Source: Dendrobates tinctorius (lineage: Eukaryota). Taken from it: 64,000 nucleotides of DNA. The stretch spans positions 18,290,001-18,354,000 of the forward strand of contig NW_027361827.1 of assembly GCF_039654945.1 (NCBI RefSeq), written 5' to 3'. Positions 61,302-64,000 of this stretch are shown one piece after another (within the stretch, counting starts at the first letter, position 1; each line of letters starts with the position of its first letter). A model generated the notes under the pieces. That model did not search any database. It was not told where the DNA came from and saw only the letters and a list, made by a program, of their open reading frames with translations. Both the position numbers and the translations under genes were made by a program.

Positions 61302-64000
61302 TTTCCCCAGGATGTCCCTCATGACAGCACAACAGGAAGTGGTCCTATTTATCCTCTGGACAGGAAACACACAAGAGGTTAAAAGTCCCCCCCCTTCCAC
61401 CTCACCCCAAGTGTTTTACCTGTCCCTAGCAGGACAGGGCGCAGCAAGAGGAACGCAGGAGAGTGATATACTTACCGGGGCTCAGCAGGATCGGAGGGAA
61501 CTGGATCTCTTCTCTTCCTGCTGTCAAGAGGCTCTGAAGCTGATACCTCACTGGGCGCGGGTCCCTCAGCCTGTTGATGGAGCAGGAGAGCTCCTTACGT
61601 TGCCACTTCCCTCCGGAGGGCTCTCGGCTCCATGCTGCGGCCGACTTCCGGTCACACAAGCTAGCATGCATTCCAGTATGGAATGCATTTCCAGCCGTGG
61701 GACGCCTTTCGATGATGCGCACTTCTGGTTTAGAGGGGCACTTCCGATTGGGGTGACGCAGTGTGTGTTCCAACCAAGAAAGCATGAAAGGACTATGGGG
61801 GTAATCTGAAGGCCACCTGGACAAGGTAAGACTCTTTAAATGGGTGCTGACAGAATGGTGTGGTGTGCACAGTCTGAACCATGGAGGATAATCCGACCAA
61901 TCAGAAGCACCAGCCGGGCAGTTCTTGGCCAGCATAAGTAACCTCATAGAGCCTGCTTCACCACATATTAGTGGTCACTCAGTAAAAATACAAAATTGAT
62001 CCATCTTTTATATTGGGATAAAGGTACTCCCTGAAGATCCGGCTCCTCTTCCTGGAAAAGAATGAGGTGATACATGACATGCAACACTAAGTTAGCAGAT
62101 TCATATAAAAAGCAGTTGTGTGCAGAGTGTGTTGCAAAATTCCTGAAGGAAGAGCAAACATCTTTCTTAATAGATATGCGGGCCATAATTAGGTAAGAGG
62201 TCTAGAGCACCCGTTGCCAGTCTCGTGCTATGGCAGCCAGATCCAAGCACCTCCCGTCACAAGAGAGCCAGATGGGAGATGGAAGAGTTCCCGGAGGAAG
62301 CATACCCATACTCATACTACTCAGATGAAAATGCTGATGATGCAGAAGAAAATTCCCAGAGGTCGGAGGAGGAGAGGAAGAAGTATTTTTTCTCATCTGA
62401 AAATATGGACAACTTATTGAAGGCTGTAACAGCGACTATGATAATTGAAGAGACTGAGGTTCTTCACACAATTCAGGATGAGATGTTTAGGGGACTGAGA
62501 ACGCAAAAATAGTGTTTCCGGTCAACCAGTACATTAGGGCTGTGATCCTGGAAGAATGGGAAGATACAGAAAAGCGCCTGGTCATTCCTCAGGACTTTAA
62601 GGCCCATATCCCCTTTGACCTATTAGAAATCAAGGATTTGGAGGAAATACCCAAAGTGGACATTCCTATAGCCAAAGTGGCAAAGAAGACCTCAATGCTG
62701 TTTGAGGACTCTTCCTGCCTGCGGGATGCCTTGGATAAGAAAGCAGAAGGGTTGTTGAAGAGGAGTTCGGAGTCTTCGGCGGTGGTTATTAAGACCAATA
62801 TAGCAGCCACCTGGGTAGCTAGATCTATGTGTATCTGAATAGACGAGCTGTCTGCCCAAATAAAATCTAACACCCCTAACGAGGTTATATTGGAGTCCCT
62901 CTCTATGTTAAAAATGGCAACGACGTTTATTGCTGATGCTTCAGCGGAGTTTGTAAGGTTTGCAGCTATTAGTAATGTGCTCTCTAGCGCGGCAGGCCAT
63001 CTGGTTTAAAAAATGGACTGGACAGCCAGCCTAAAAGCAAGCTCTGTTCCATCCCTTTCTCAGGTACACGTCTTCGGTCCAGTACTAGATGACATTTTAG
63101 AGAGGGCTGCTACTGACAAGAAGGGGTTCCTGGAGGAAAAAAGATTCTGTTCCTTTCGTAGGCCCCGTCCTGGGAGGATGGGGAACCATAATGGCCAACC
63201 AGTGGATCCTGCGGACCAAGAAGAAGAAGATTACAGGATAGACTTCTCCCAGCTCCCACCCCAACGATTTTGCACCACCAAACCCCAGTTCCTCTTCACG
63301 CAAAACAGACTCTGGACAGATGTCAGGAACCTCATAAGAATTTGGAGCAGTCGAGCCGGTTCCTGTTTTTGAGAGAGGTCCGGGTCACTACTACTCCCTT
63401 TTCTCCATAAAAAAGCCTTCGGGCAAATATCGGACTATTATAAATCTAAAGTCCCTGAATCATTGGGTCAGGTACAGGAGATTCAAAATGGAGACAATGA
63501 AGCCAAGTATACAGCTAATGGGGAAAGGCAACGCCATGTGCACATTAGATCTGAGATGCATACTATCACGTGCCAATTCACCCAAACCACCGCCAATATC
63601 TGAGGTTTGCTTTAGATCATCAGGGTTTGGGCCACCATTTCCAGTTTATGTGCCTTCCATTTGGCCTATCTTCAGCCCCTCGCATCTGTACAAAGATAAT
63701 TACGGAGGTGGCAGCTTTTCTGAGGAGACGAGGGATTATCGTGGTCCGCTACCTGGACAACATCCTGCTGGTAGCAGACTCTGCTATCCGCCTCAATCAG
63801 CAACTGGCCCAGGCTATCAACATTCTAGAGGGCCTGGGTTGGCAAGTGAACTGGGATAAATACGACCTATGTCTGCGTACCCAGAAGGTGTTTTTAGGAG
63901 TCTTCGATTCCCATCTTAGGATGTCTTCCCTGCCCCGCGTAAAACAGGAAAAAAATCAGAAGCAGGGTTCAGGCATTGCAGAGGAAGAGGACAATCTCCA
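61302..64000 (+). mobile_element. DIRS1-like retrotransposon, degenerate; runs off the window
   Basis: ORF1-like FPVNQYIRAVILEEW...PKVDIPIAKV...LRDALDKKAE; RT KKPSGKYRTIINLKSLN...FKMET...DAYYHVPI...LPFGLSSAPR...YLDN. Confidence 0.9.

Overview
Eukaryotic, repeat-dense vertebrate DNA. The transposon repertoire suggests an anuran amphibian (inference). Host genes: (1) INIP (SOSS-C) on the + strand. Three coding exons are unambiguous (46428-46530, 51771-51861, 56709-56804) and a probable first coding exon lies at 13653-13671, giving 102 aa with a ~33 kb first intron. (2) A candidate divergent (- strand) gene whose ATG lies only ~80 bp from the INIP ATG. (3) A TATA-driven signal-peptide exon at 58962-59013 from an unidentified secreted protein. 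Most of the rest is transposons: a four-level nest (Tc1 > hAT > CR1 > near-intact self-priming Sushi-type chromovirus) at 1-12491, several Tc1 elements including a chimeric DD38E copy, CR1 LINEs, two DIRS pieces, a Helitron and many MITEs. The most striking structure is a TSD-flanked Penelope-like insertion (26400-29968). Between inverted hammerhead-bearing pseudo-LTRs it carries ~2.85 tandem copies of a 343-bp unit with its own, different hammerhead ribozyme (a retrozyme). This looks like a fossil of a Penelope reverse transcriptase jumping onto a circular or multimeric ribozyme RNA. All calls were made by eye; no searches were run.
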